From assembly GCA_963828125.1 (NCBI GenBank), contig CAWHDP010000002.1, positions 1,184,001-1,248,000 of the forward strand: a DNA stretch of 64,000 nucleotides, written 5' to 3'. Positions within the stretch are counted from its first letter, which is position 1; each line of letters begins with the position of its first letter. Below the pieces are notes generated by a model that worked only from the letters and a program-made list of their open reading frames with translations, did not search any database and was not told where the DNA came from. Shown in pieces: positions 29,150-40,587 of the stretch. A program made the translations under genes and the position numbers. The stretch comes from an uncultured Chlamydiae bacterium (lineage in GTDB: Bacteria; Chlamydiota; Chlamydiia; Chlamydiales; SM23-39).

Positions 29150-30268
29150 ATGGCGCAACCAATCAGCATCCGAGTGACGTCTATCAACTCCGCTTGCTCT
29201 ATTCCTCCCTCCGCCCCGACGAAAGGTAAAGTCATTTCTTTTTTATATCGCGCTGCCATGAAGGGATTATCCTCTCTTCTCTTTTTCTATAACTTAATCA
29301 CTTATCCTTTTCGTTATGCGATTTGTCTTTTGTGTAGAATCCGGTGCCTGCGCACACTGTTCTCTCCGATCGAATGGGTAGCGGGTAAAATAATCATATT
29401 ATACGACACGATACGCTTCAAAGCAATGAATGCTTGGGCTCCTGGAGAGCTCGCTTTCACGCAAGATCAGTTACGGCAGATGCAAAAAATTTACTATGGG
29501 CTGGGATCTAATAAGTGGAAAGAGGGGGTCGAAAGAGGTTGGCATTGCCATGGACCTCATGTCTTCGATCAGGGGCTTCACGGCAAATCGGTCGAGCCGG
29601 GCTTTCATGCAAGCTGGAATCGGGCCGCCCATTTTTTAAGCACCCAATTTACCCAAAAAGCGAGTTCAAATTTATATTTGTGGCTCCATTCGGTCGCTTG
29701 CAGCCACTTCATGGGCGGCGCTAACGACGTCCTCATGGGACCTGAAAAAGTGGGTGTTTTCCGCGATAGGAAGGATGCTATCCAGGCGATTTTCGCGGCT
29801 CCAGAACATGCGTTAAGAGAGGGCGCGGAGAAAGAATTCGATCGACTCAATGCCTCAATGAAAGAGCGGTTTGGGACAACGCTTGGAACATTTGAAAAAA
29901 AGTCCCCCAAAGAGGTGGTGTTAAAAGAGACTGTGATGGGGCAAAACAAAATGAAGGCGATTTATGACTTCTTCTGTCAGCAGTTGCATACAGAGTTGGA
30001 ACAAGCTCAAAATCCCGATCAAAAATTCGAGGCGATTTGCCGATTTTACAGATATTGCGACTATTCCCATCCAGTAAGAGACGGATGTGGCAGATCAGAT
30101 TTGTTGATGCTCAATTTCCTCCTTACGCAAAACGGGTTCCATCCGGTTCTTCTCGATGCTCCTTATCTTTCGAATGTGGTTACGGAGAAAGAGTGGATCG
30201 AATACGTCCGGCAAGGTCTTAAAAACTGGGAACAAGAAAAGGCTACTTTGGGAAAGGGAACCGCCTAA
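29150..30268 (+). CDS. Fic-domain protein with a non-canonical motif
   Basis: HPVRDGCGRSDLLMLNFLLTQNG; AAGGAG RBS before ATG 29150; hydrophobic N-terminal region. Confidence 0.8.
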   Translation: MAQPISIRVTSINSACSIPPSAPTKGKVISFLYRAAMKGLSSLLFFYNLITYPFRYAICLLCRIRCLRTLFSPIEWVAGKIIILYDTIRFKAMNAWAPGELAFTQDQLRQMQKIYYGLGSNKWKEGVERGWHCHGPHVFDQGLHGKSVEPGFHASWNRAAHFLSTQFTQKASSNLYLWLHSVACSHFMGGANDVLMGPEKVGVFRDRKDAIQAIFAAPEHALREGAEKEFDRLNASMKERFGTTLGTFEKKSPKEVVLKETVMGQNKMKAIYDFFCQQLHTELEQAQNPDQKFEAICRFYRYCDYSHPVRDGCGRSDLLMLNFLLTQNGFHPVLLDAPYLSNVVTEKEWIEYVRQGLKNWEQEKATLGKGTA

Positions 30269-31152
30269 GATCTTCGGCCACTAAGGTATTGGGGAAAATC
30301 CTCCGGGCCTCTTCCCCGAGGACTTCGGGATCGCGGTAGCGGGCTGAGAAATGGGTGAGGATGAGTGTCTGGACGCCAGCCTTTACGGCAATTTCGGCAG
30401 CTTGCACGGCCGTCATGTGCCTGTATTCGTCGGCCATGGCTCTATCTTCATCTAAATAAGTGCTTTCACAAAGAAGGATTTTTGCGTTTCGCGCCAGTTC
30501 GAGCGCTTCGGGGACAGGGGCGGGTGTCGATGACATAAGCGAAAGCGTCGCCAGGACGGACGTGGCTCACTTCGTCGAGGAGGATCCACTGGCCGTTCCA
30601 GGATACTTTCCCCTCTTTTTCAAGGATCCGGACAATGGGTCCGTCAAGACCCAGTCTTCTGGAGCTCTTCTTTGTGAAATTTAACGGTATCTGGCTCGGT
30701 GATGCGCCAGCCGATGTTCTCAACGCCATGATCGAGGAAAGCGGCTTCGATCCGGAATTTTCCATCGTCTTCAACAAGTCCCGCCTTTCTTGACCGGATG
30801 CTCGACGACATCGATATTCTCTTTATAGATGCAGCCATAGCGGAGCCGCTCGAAGTAGTTGCTGACCGCTCGCCGGATAGTAGCAGTGGATCGGGTGGGT
30901 CACTTTATCGAGATTGAGCCGCATCAGCATCGAGCCGAGGCCGAGGCAATGGTCGCCATGGAAGTGGCTGATGAAAATGCGGGTGACGACAGGGGGCGCG
31001 ACGTCGGCAAAAATGAATTGCCGCTGCGTCCCTTCGCCGGGATCGAAGAGGAGTCCCTCGTCGTTCCACCGGACGAGATAGGCGCCGTGATTCCGAAAGC
31101 GGGTCGGCTGCTGGCTCGAGCAGCCGAGGATGATAATATCTCTTGCGCTCAC
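30243..31152 (-). pseudogene. rnz: Ribonuclease Z, frameshifted in this sequence (possibly an assembly error)
   Basis: [39 protein letters not shown] distributed over four ORF pieces. Confidence 0.85.
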
Positions 31153-32273
31153 AACTTCACCCTTTGCATGAAAAACCGGAACTGTCCCAAATAGGCGCCA
31201 ATCAATATCCCGCCGATATGGGCGCTATTTGCGATGTTGGGAGCAAAGGTGCGGCTCGAAAAAATCTGCATCAGAAAGGCCGCAAATTGGAGGCCGAAAA
31301 TGGCGAGGATAAAAAAGAGGAGAAAAAGAAGGGTCGCCCGATTCAAAGGATATCCCTCCCAAGGAGCTATCCTCTCTCTGCATCCAAATAAAACCGGCCA
31401 GCCCCATGACAATCCCTGAATAGCCGACAAAAAACGGGCCGCTCATCAGATACTGGATGGTGTTCGCTCCAATGCCCGTTGCCAATGTGAGGAGAAGGTA
31501 GCGGGAAGGGCCAATCCGCTGCTCAATGGGGCGTCCGAGATACCAAAGCCAGAGCATATTGAAGAGAATGTGGAGGAGCTCGCTGGTGGAGGACGCAGGG
31601 AGTGGAAGAGGCGCCACAGCTCCCCTTTCCGGATCTGGATGAAAAGGGGCCCTTCTCCTAACGAGCCGTCTTCCCCTTTGATCTTGGCGACGATCCAATC
31701 GTAGATCCCTTTCCAGTAGGGGCTCCGGTTCACCGTCTCGATCTCTTCTTGACTTCAGGGGGGATATCGGTGATTTTTTGGTCGGTGAGCTCATACTTTT
31801 CGATGATTCTCTTCTAACTGCTCGAAAGCGGGAGGAAGATCGTACATCAAGAGAGCCTGAAGAGGAGTCATGAGGAAATTCTGTTCGGAGAGCCCCTCTT
31901 CCCTCAGCGGGAATTCCTGCAGGGTGTTGAGGAAAAAGACCATCGCGCACAAAGCGATCAAAAAATGGGTGAGATGAGTCTTAAACCGATGGGGAGGAGG
32001 GGGTGGAGCTTCTTCGCCTCTTCTAGAGGAATCGGTTCTGGTTCAGGGGGGGGAGCGTCGAATTTCCGATCGATCGGATTTTTCTCAAATTCGGCCGAAC
32101 AGGACGGCCGCTTCCCCGATTTTATCCTCTTCGTGGATCCAAATGGGATACGACATTTGGCCCGTGGCTGGGTCGAACGAAACTTCGCAACTATTCTAAA
32201 ATTCCGGCTTCGTCAAATAGGCGGAAAAACTCCGTGCGTGATTCTCGTGGGGAAGGGCGCCGACTACACGCAT
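31149..32273 (-). pseudogene. Rhomboid family intramembrane serine protease, frameshifted in this sequence
   Basis: [39 protein letters not shown] in different frames; ATG at 32273 (MRVVGALPHE). Confidence 0.8.
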
Positions 32274-32754
32274 TGTTTGATTTTCTCGATAATGGTTGAG
32301 GTCGCAAGGCTCGGGATCCGATCGACGAGATGGAGCCTCCCTCCATGCTTTTCGACCACTTTGGCCTCGATGCAGTCTGCCCCATATTCGGCGCCGTTGA
32401 CGTGGACATCGGGCTTGATTTTTTCGAGGAGCGCGCTCGGATCGGTCTCCTCAAACCAGGTCACATAATCGACAAATTCTAACGCCGCTACCATCTCGAG
32501 GCGATACTGGAGCGAGATAATGGGCCGCTGCGGGGCTTTTATACTGCTGGATCGACGCGTCGGAGTTGAGGGCGACGAGGAGCCGGTCAGCCTGTTTCGA
32601 CGCCTCATGAATGATAAAAAGGTGCCCGGCATGCAACAGATCAAAAGAGCCGTTGAGCGTCGCTAAAGTCGAACGGTCCGCTCTGATTTCAGGCCGCCTT
32701 TTCTTCAAGCTGCTCTGGCTCGACGAGTTTTTTTTGTAGCCACACTGGCTTCAT
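32264..32754 (-). pseudogene. RfaE domain II-like nucleotidyltransferase, frameshifted in this sequence
   Basis: TLNGSFDLLHAGH, VALNSDASI, FVDYVTWFEETDP, KPDVHVNG, STIIEKI in different frames; ATGA overlap with the lon stop. Confidence 0.82.
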
Positions 32755-35228
32755 GCGGCATGAACCTTTAATCTTGGGAATGCAATTTTAAACACTTCGT
32801 CGTAATGATCGACGAAATGGACTTCAAGCCCCTTTTTTCAAATATTCGGGGAGTTCGTCATAGTCGCGCAAATTTTCTTTGGGGAAAATCAGCACGTTCA
32901 CTTTCGATCGCCGCGCGGCGATCAGTTTTTCCTTCAGGCCGCCGATCGGGAGCACGCGTCCCGTCAGCGTCAATTCCCCCGTCATGCCGAGATTATTCCG
33001 CACCGGCGTCTCCAGCAAAAGGGACAAAAGCGAAGTGGTCATCGTAATGCCGGCAGAGGGGCCGTCTTTCGGAGTGGCCCCTTCTGGGATGTGAATATGC
33101 ACTTGCGATTTTTCAAAGAACGGGATGTCGGGCGAATAACGGCGGACGATTGTCTGCGCATAGGTCCAGGCGATTTGGGCCGATTCTTTCATCACATCGC
33201 CCGCTTGGCCTGTGAGCTTCATCTCCGTTTTTTCGGATGGGTATTTCACCGCTTCAATGTAAAGGGTCGCCCCGCCCATGAGCCGTCCAGGCAAGCCCCG
33301 TCGTGACGCCGACCGGATTGACCTTATAAAATCGATCGGTGGTGAAAATGGGCTTGCCGAAGTAGTTCAGACAAATTTTTGTCGGAAATCGAACGCTTTC
33401 GCCGTCTGGCCGCGCGCCCGATCTTCAACGCCACTTTCCGCATGATTTTTTTGATGTTGTTTTCGAGAGTGCGCACCCCCGACTTCGCGGGCGTAGCCGT
33501 TGATGATCTGGGCAAGCGCCCCTTTCGTAAACACAATATCGGCCGCTTTCAAGCCCCATCAGTTTCCGGTTCCGCGGAACGAGATACTTCCTCGCAATTT
33601 CGATCTTCTCCGCCTGGATATATCCGGAGAGCCGGAGCATCTCCATCCGGTCTTTGAGCGGTTCTGGAATCGTATCGAGTACGTTGGCCGTCACAATAAA
33701 AAGGACGTTCGACAAGATCGCATCGGACGTCGAGATAGTGATCCAAAAAGTCTTTATTTTGTTCCGGATCGAGTACTTCGAGCAGAGCGGAGGCTGGATC
33801 CCCGTGATAGCTCGCCCCCATTTTGTCGACTTCATCGAGCATGATGACCGGATTCATCGTCTGGCAATATTTCAGCGCCTGGATCATTTTGCCCGGCATC
33901 GCGCCGATATAGGTTCTCCGGTGCCCTTTAATTTCAGCCTCATCGCGCATTCCGCCGACTGAAAAACGGTAGAATTTCCGGTTAAGCGCCCGCGCGACGC
34001 TTTTGCCGATACTCGTTTTACCCACTCCTGGAGGCCCGACCAAGCAGATAATGCTCCCCTTCACCCCGCCGGTCAGTTTGCCGACGCCGATGAACTCCAA
34101 AATCCGCTCTTTAATGTCTTTCAGGCCATAGTGGTCATGCTCGAGAATTTTTTCCGCTTTTTTAATGTCATGAGTCTCTTTGCTGTACATGCCCCATGGG
34201 ACAATCGTCAGCCAATCGATATAATTTCTCACTACGCCGTATTCGGCCGACTGGACCTCGAGCGCGCTCAGTTTGTCCATCTCCTCGCGGATCACTTTCA
34301 AAGCCTCTTCGGGGATCTTTCTCTGTTTGATCCGCTCTTCAAATTTTTCCGCCTCGATCGTCTTGTCGTCTTTTTCCATCCCCAGCTCTTTTTTGATCGC
34401 TTTGAACTGTTCACGGAGGAAAAATTCTCGTTGCGTTTTAGAGACCGTCGCTTCGATCCGTTGGTTGATCGTGCTTTGAAGCCTGCTGATATCGAGTTCT
34501 TTTTTCAAGAGCAGGAGCGCTTTATCGACCCGTTTTTCGATTTCGAACGTCTCGAGGACGTCTTGCAGCTCTTCTCGCGTCGCCGTCGTGAGGGCGACCG
34601 CAAAATCGGCCAGCCTTCCCGGCTCGGTGAAGTCCGAATGGCCTAAAAAGATCTGGAGCTCCTCTTTGAAGAGCGGGTTTAACTTCAAAAGCTCTTTGAT
34701 CGTCGTAATGATGCTGATCGAATAGGCCTTCAACTCTCTCGATAAATGGGCCAGCGGCGTGTCGTCGTGATATTTTACTTTGGCAAGCAAATATTTGCTC
34801 TTCACCGGCTTTTCAATGGCGACCCGTTTTTCCATATTCAGGACAACCTGGGCGCCCCCCTGCTCCATCGGAATGATCCGCAAAATCCGCGCGACGACCC
34901 CAACCTGAAACAGATCATGAAAACCGATTTTATAAATATTGACGTCCTCTTGGTGCGTCAAAAAAAGCCCCACGCATTTATGCTCGGTCTTAGAGATGAT
35001 TTTTAGCACTTCGTAATAGGCGCCAGGCTCGATGACAATCGGGGCCGCCATCCCAGGAAAGAAGGGGCGCCTATTCAACGGCATAATATAAAGCTGGTCC
35101 GGATAGGGGAGAGCAGGAACGAGAGCCCCCTCTTGCTTAGGGATCTCAACTTCCTCGTCCTCCTCCTCAACCACAGGCTGCTGCGGGAGAACCGGTTCGT
35201 CTTGCTCTGGAGAAAAATCGTCGTTCAA
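32751..35228 (-). pseudogene. lon: Lon protease; 5' part intact, 3' part frameshifted in this sequence
   Basis: [55 protein letters not shown]-terminus EVHFVDHYDEVFKIAF in another frame. Confidence 0.92.
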
Positions 35229-35359
35229 AGGGACCTCATCAAAAAGGAAACTAGCCTACCAACTTAAAGAAAAAGGTGCAATCTACCTTTCCTTGGTTTC
35301 TCTGAAAAGGGCCATTTTTGAAAAGTGAAATTTTATTCCCCCTCATGTAAACTGTCTGC

Positions 35360-35914
35360 ATGCTCGTCCTCATTTTAGAAACTAGCTCCGAAAAGGGGTT
35401 TATCATCCTCGCAGATAAAGATACCCCCGTCCGCGCCCGCGCCCTCCCCGGAGGCCCCGAGCTCTCTAGGGTCCTCGCCAAAGAAGTCTATTCTTTACTG
35501 GACGGCCTTCAGCCAGAGCTCATCGCCGTCGGAACCGGCCCCGGCTCCTATACGGGCGTCAGGGTGGGGGTCGCCCTCGCCCAAGGGCTCTCTTACGGCT
35601 GGGGGGTTCCTCTCCTCGGCTTTTGCAGCCTCCGCATCTTCGGCCCTCCCCCCGTGCTGGTCGACGCCCGCAGCGGCAAATTCTACGCCTGGATCGAGAC
35701 CGGACCCTCCCTGATCTCCTCAGACGACCCCCTCCTTCAGCAGCTCCCCCAGATCCGCTCGCCCCACCCCGCATTGATTCGGAAACACCTCCTCTCCCCA
35801 CCGGTTTTATCCGAATCGAACCCCGACCCCTCCTTTATAGCCCCATTGATTTGGGAGCAATTTCTACAGGAGGGAACCCCTCCTCTTCAATTCCATTACC
35901 TCTCTCATCCTTGA
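35360..35914 (+). CDS. tsaB: tRNA threonylcarbamoyladenosine biosynthesis protein TsaB
   Basis: LILETS, IAVGTGPGSYTGVRVG, DARSG. Confidence 0.92.
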   Translation: MLVLILETSSEKGFIILADKDTPVRARALPGGPELSRVLAKEVYSLLDGLQPELIAVGTGPGSYTGVRVGVALAQGLSYGWGVPLLGFCSLRIFGPPPVLVDARSGKFYAWIETGPSLISSDDPLLQQLPQIRSPHPALIRKHLLSPPVLSESNPDPSFIAPLIWEQFLQEGTPPLQFHYLSHP

Positions 35915-35976
35915 AGAAAACCTCCGTTTCATCTAAAATGGCTTCTTTTAACCAAAATGGATGAGGTAATTGGAAA

Positions 35977-36171
35977 ATGCCCAGTGTAAAGGTACGTATC
36001 GGCGAACCGATCGACAAGGCGCTTCGCGCTCTCAAGAAAAAACTCGACAAAGAGGGAATCATGAAGGCGGCAAAAGCCCACCGGTTCTACGATAAGCCGT
36101 CGGTCAAAAGCCGATTGAAGTCAAAGGCTGCTACCAAACGGACTAAAACCGCCCTTCGCAGAGGCTACTAG
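35977..36171 (+). CDS. rpsU: 30S ribosomal protein S21
   Basis: [19 protein letters not shown]...FYDKPS. Confidence 0.96.
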   Translation: MPSVKVRIGEPIDKALRALKKKLDKEGIMKAAKAHRFYDKPSVKSRLKSKAATKRTKTALRRGY

Positions 36172-37346
36172 TGGCAAAAGATTTCTACGCAACTCTCGGC
36201 GTCGCGCGCGATGCAACCCCCGAAGAAATCAAAAAGGCATATCGAAAGAAAGCTCTCGAATGCCACCCTGACCGCAATCAAGGCAATCCGAAAGCGGAGG
36301 CCCAATTTAAACTCGTTTCCGAAGCCTACGAAGTCCTGAGCGACGAAAATCGGCGCCGCATGTACGATCAATACGGCGAAGAGGCTCTCCGCGGAGCCGG
36401 CATGGGCGGAGCCCCGGGCGGATTCCCAGGAGGGGCCGGCGGTTTTTCCTCGATGGAAGAGGCTCTTCGAACCTTCATGGGCGCTTTTGGCGGAGGCGGC
36501 GGCGGAGGCGGCGGAGAGTCGATTTTCGATTCATTCTTCGGCGGCAACCAGTTCGAGGAGGAGGGGGGATCTCGCAAGGGGGCCAGCAAAAAAGCGACCG
36601 TCAAAATCACCTTCCAGGAGTCTGCCCGCGGGGTCGACAGAGAACTCGCGATCACCAACTACATCGCTTGCGGAGAGTGTAAAGGGACCGGAGCCAAATC
36701 GGCTGGCGGGATCAAAGCATGCGGAAGCTGCCAAGGAAAGGGCCAAATCTACCAAAACAGAGGCTTTTTCAGCATGTCTTCGGTCTGCCCTCATTGCAAT
36801 GGGGCCGGCCAAGTGATCACCGACCCGTGCAAGTCCTGCAACGGCGCCGGGCGAATCAAAGAAAAGCAGAGGATCAAAGTCCACATCCCCGCAGGAGTCG
36901 ACAAGGGGATGCGCCTTAAAATGCCCGGCCACGGCGATGCGGGCGAAGCGGGCGGCCCCGCTGGAGACCTATTGATTTACATCGAAGTCGAGCCGCATGA
37001 GGCCTTCACCCGCGAAGGAGACGACGTCTATCTCGACTTCCCAATCACATTTGTGGAGGCCGCCTTAGGCTCTTCCAAGGAGATCCCCACCCCATTGGGC
37101 GAACAGATGCGGATCCAAATTCCAGAAGGGATCCAAAACGGCAAACTCCTACGGATCAGCGGCAAAGGATTCCCCAACGTCCATGGCCAAGGGCACGGCG
37201 ATCTCCTCGTCCGCGTCTCTGTGGAGACTCCCGTCCGGTTGAGCGAAAAGCAAAAAGAACTCCTCCGCTCTTTTCAAGAGAGCGAATCGCCCCAAAATCA
37301 TCCGCGCAAAAAGACCTTTATCGAGAAACTCAAAAGCCTTTTTTAG
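36171..37346 (+). CDS. dnaJ: Chaperone DnaJ
   Basis: J-domain HPD, G/F-rich linker, four CxxCxGxG motifs; GTG start. Confidence 0.98.
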   Translation: MAKDFYATLGVARDATPEEIKKAYRKKALECHPDRNQGNPKAEAQFKLVSEAYEVLSDENRRRMYDQYGEEALRGAGMGGAPGGFPGGAGGFSSMEEALRTFMGAFGGGGGGGGGESIFDSFFGGNQFEEEGGSRKGASKKATVKITFQESARGVDRELAITNYIACGECKGTGAKSAGGIKACGSCQGKGQIYQNRGFFSMSSVCPHCNGAGQVITDPCKSCNGAGRIKEKQRIKVHIPAGVDKGMRLKMPGHGDAGEAGGPAGDLLIYIEVEPHEAFTREGDDVYLDFPITFVEAALGSSKEIPTPLGEQMRIQIPEGIQNGKLLRISGKGFPNVHGQGHGDLLVRVSVETPVRLSEKQKELLRSFQESESPQNHPRKKTFIEKLKSLF

Positions 37347-37687
37347 GTGATCGATTTTTTCGCCTTATCGAGATCCTTATTCAATTTTTCGAGCGTATCT
37401 GGATTCGCCGGATCCTTTTGAAAAGTCTGATAATCTTTGGCGATTTTGGCGTTATTCTTCTGCAACTCGGTTCTCCCATTTTGCCGCACGAGCTCGCTCG
37501 CCGTTTCATTGAGAACCTGTAGAGCTTTATCCATCACCGCTTTAAATTCCGCCTGCTGATATTGGTTGGCAGCTTGCGTATATTGGCCCAACGCCCGTTT
37601 AAACAAATCAGCGCTGTGTTTATATTCTTGTTCATACATTTTTGTCTCGCGAGGACCCACAGGTCCTTCTCTGGAAACGTCGCTCAT
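37343..37687 (-). CDS. Hypothetical helical protein
   Basis: 114 aa ORF convergent with dnaJ, G-rich RBS-like sequence upstream. Confidence 0.7.
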   Translation of the reverse strand: MSDVSREGPVGPRETKMYEQEYKHSADLFKRALGQYTQAANQYQQAEFKAVMDKALQVLNETASELVRQNGRTELQKNNAKIAKDYQTFQKDPANPDTLEKLNKDLDKAKKSIT

Positions 37688-37772
37688 ATTTTTGCCCCCT
37701 TTTCTCTCTACTTGCCAAAAAATAGGGAAAAGATAAATAAATTTATGAAAGGACTTAAACTGAGGATCTTTA

Positions 37773-38783
37773 ATGACTCGATTTTTTCTGGCGTTTCTAC
37801 TCCCTCTGGCGATGTATGCTCAAACCCATAAGACTGCCGAAGAGATTCAACAAGAACTCAATGAAGCAGAATCACACTTCAAACGGTCTCAAGAGATGTT
37901 CAACCCTTGGTATGCGGGGCCTCTCGTTACCCCTTCCGCATCGATGATGCCTCCCGGCCAGGCCAATATCCAGCCCTACCTATTTGTGACCGGCAACTAC
38001 GCCGCCTTCAATTCGGAGCGGCAATCGATCGCGCTCCTCCACAACTCCTACCAGCTAAAAGCCATTGTCCCCATGCAGATCGGCGTCACCGATTCGACCG
38101 ATATCGCAGTCAATTTCGGCGGACAAGCCAATTGGAGCGAACGGCAAACAGGGGGAGGCTTTAACGATATTTCAGTCACTTACGGATTTTCGATCTTCAA
38201 AGAGACCCTCTACATCCCCAAGTTTAAATTCACAATCGCCGAGACCTTTCCAACCGGCAAATATAAAAACCTCAGTACCAATGGGCTGAACCTGAACGCT
38301 ACCGGCGGCGGCTCCTATCAGACCACATTCGGCTTTGCGACTGGCAAAGTGATCTGGTGGACCTATCCTTACCCGATGAATATACGCCTTTTCTTTGGGT
38401 ACAACATCGGCACAGTCGTCAATGTGCGCAATTTCAACGCCTACGGCGGCGGATTTGGGACGAACGGACGGGTTCGGATTGGCAATTCGATCACAGCCGA
38501 TCTCGGACTGGAACTCAGCTTTTCGCAAACCTGGGTTGCCGCCCTTGACGTCGTTTATGTAGCTAGCAACTCGAATAAATTTCACGGCGATCCTGGCCTC
38601 AACGGAGATGGGACTCCCGCCTCCGTTGGGCAGCCCTATAGCGACAATTTAAGCCTCGCCCCCGCCATTGAGTACAATTTTTCCGATTCCCTCAACCTCC
38701 TCTGGGGAGTCCAATTTTCAGTATACGGCAGAAGCAGCGCGAATTTCGTCAATGGCCAATTAAGCGTCGAATACCAGTGGTAA
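37773..38783 (+). CDS. Putative outer-membrane beta-barrel protein
   Basis: Signal peptide, FPTGKY motif, amphipathic strands, C-terminal aromatic residue (VEYQW). Confidence 0.75.
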   Translation: MTRFFLAFLLPLAMYAQTHKTAEEIQQELNEAESHFKRSQEMFNPWYAGPLVTPSASMMPPGQANIQPYLFVTGNYAAFNSERQSIALLHNSYQLKAIVPMQIGVTDSTDIAVNFGGQANWSERQTGGGFNDISVTYGFSIFKETLYIPKFKFTIAETFPTGKYKNLSTNGLNLNATGGGSYQTTFGFATGKVIWWTYPYPMNIRLFFGYNIGTVVNVRNFNAYGGGFGTNGRVRIGNSITADLGLELSFSQTWVAALDVVYVASNSNKFHGDPGLNGDGTPASVGQPYSDNLSLAPAIEYNFSDSLNLLWGVQFSVYGRSSANFVNGQLSVEYQW

Positions 38784-38787
38784 TCAT

Positions 38788-40137
38788 TTGAATAAAATCC
38801 TCTTTTTTCTCTTGAGTGCCGCCCTCCTGAGCAGCGCCGAAAACAAGCGGGTCGATTGGATCCACCATTTTCATCAAAAAATGTACGATGAATACAATAT
38901 AGAACTCAATCAGGCGGAGTATCAACTAAAGGAAGCCGAAGGGCTCACTACCATGACTGGGAACTGGAACGGAGCCAGAACCTATCTTGAACAGCATGGA
39001 GTCCTCCTCTCCGCCTCCTTTGTGACCGATATGGTTGGGAACCCCTCGGGCGGCCATGCGCGCGGCTTTGCCTACGCCGGATCTTTCGGACTTGGCCTGG
39101 GCCTCGATTTTGAGAAGATGGCTGGCGTCACCGGCTTTAGTTTTTATAGCACAGCGGTATGGCGAACGGGAACGAGCCTCACCATGCGGAAGATCCACAA
39201 CCAATTCACCGTCCAGCAAGTATTCGGCTCTCAGGAAGTCAAACTCAATGAACTTTATCTGCAACAGACCTTTTGGGATCGGAACATCTTCATTAAAGCG
39301 GGCCGGCTCGACGCAGGAAACGATTTTCTCGCCTCGCCCTTTTACGCCGAGTTCGTCAACAACGGTTTTGACGGCAACCCCGTCTCCCTCTTCAATAATT
39401 TCTCCTCTTTCACCGCCTATCCGAACGCCACATGGGGCGCCTATTTTTCGATGAAACCGATTCCCCAATTCCTCGCCCGCTTCGCTGTCTATAACGCCAA
39501 CTCCAACATCTTTCTCAACAAATATCACGGCACGAACTTCACCTTCCAAAGCACCAATGGAGTCATTTGGATCGGCGAATGCGTCGCCCTCGTCAATCAA
39601 AACACAGGCGATGAAGGGATGCCAGGAAACTATAAAGTCGGATTGATCTACCAAACGGGAGCCGTGCAAGAATTCAAAAATGGGAACATCAACGGCGATT
39701 ATTGCTATTACTTTCTCCTCGATCAGATGATCTACCGCCCCAACGGCCCCAAAACCGGCCAAGGGCTAACCCCTTTCATCGCGCTCCTTTTCGCCCCCTC
39801 GAATCGGAACCTCTTCCCGTTCTTTGTCACCACCGGTCTTGTCTATAAAGGGCTCTTCCCCAAACGGCCCGACGACACAACCAACCTGGGCTTCGTCTAC
39901 GGGGAGTACAGCTCTCAGCTCGCCCAAGTAGAGCGGACGGCCAAAAAACAGGGACTCCTCGGCCCCTTCGGCAATCAGCCCCAAAGCTACGAAGCGGTCA
40001 TCGAACTCAATCACTGGATCCAAGTCAACGAGTGGTTCACCTTCACCCCCGACTTCCAGTACATCATCAACCCTCAAGGGTTCGGAACCATCCCCAACGC
40101 CTTCGTCCTCGGCGTCCAAATCGGATTTGTCCTCTAA
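38788..40137 (+). CDS. OprB-family (carbohydrate-selective/AaxA-like) porin
   Basis: Signal peptide, TGNWNGAR, GNPSGG, KAGRL, YP.ATWG, RPDD, TPDFQYIINP. Confidence 0.88.
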   Translation: MNKILFFLLSAALLSSAENKRVDWIHHFHQKMYDEYNIELNQAEYQLKEAEGLTTMTGNWNGARTYLEQHGVLLSASFVTDMVGNPSGGHARGFAYAGSFGLGLGLDFEKMAGVTGFSFYSTAVWRTGTSLTMRKIHNQFTVQQVFGSQEVKLNELYLQQTFWDRNIFIKAGRLDAGNDFLASPFYAEFVNNGFDGNPVSLFNNFSSFTAYPNATWGAYFSMKPIPQFLARFAVYNANSNIFLNKYHGTNFTFQSTNGVIWIGECVALVNQNTGDEGMPGNYKVGLIYQTGAVQEFKNGNINGDYCYYFLLDQMIYRPNGPKTGQGLTPFIALLFAPSNRNLFPFFVTTGLVYKGLFPKRPDDTTNLGFVYGEYSSQLAQVERTAKKQGLLGPFGNQPQSYEAVIELNHWIQVNEWFTFTPDFQYIINPQGFGTIPNAFVLGVQIGFVL

Positions 40138-40205
40138 AAGTTATGTTGGACGCCCCCCAAGGACAAAGCCCGCTGCTCTCTGGCAGGAGAAAGCAGGGGC
40201 GTTTT

Positions 40206-40490
40206 TTAAGGAGTAGGAGCTATTGCAGCGGGCGCGCAATATTGAGCGCATGTAGCCGCGCAAACTGGCAAAAAACCTCCCAAAGTCGCACCAGCGCAAA
40301 TCGCCATGCAACTCGTCACACAGGCCACATAAGCAACAGGCCCCCCTTCGACCTTAGTCGTAGCATACATCATGGCAAAGAACACAATGGCAGCGATAGC
40401 TGACGTTTGCAAATTGCGAAGCATCTGCTTCGGTGTTGCTAGCTGAAAAGCTGGCATGGCTGGCATATTCGATCGTATCGATGAAAGCAT
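40206..40490 (-). CDS. Small six-cysteine hydrophobic protein ending APTP
   Basis: GGAGGA RBS before ATG 40490; hydrophobic helix, then GGPVAYVAC..C..C and C..C..C-APAAIAPTP. Confidence 0.75.
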   Translation of the reverse strand: MLSSIRSNMPAMPAFQLATPKQMLRNLQTSAIAAIVFFAMMYATTKVEGGPVAYVACVTSCMAICAGATLGGFLPVCAATCAQYCAPAAIAPTP

Positions 40491-40587
40491 AATTCCTCCC
40501 GATTGTAGGACGGTAAAGATTTTACACACAACCGCACAATTTTTGTAGAAAAATTTTCCTTTTCGTTTATAAGATCCACAAATTGAG

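Noticed and set aside
30460..33835. Programmed ribosomal frameshifting in lon or rnz
   Set aside because: Too many shifts over four unrelated genes, with no consistent slippery sequence
35915..36171. CIRCE/HrcA operator upstream of dnaJ or lon
   Set aside because: No TTAGCACTC-N9-GAGTGCTAA found; the ttagcact near 35003 is a half match inside lon
36488..36515. GGC/GGA triplet run
   Set aside because: Encodes the normal Gly-rich linker of DnaJ
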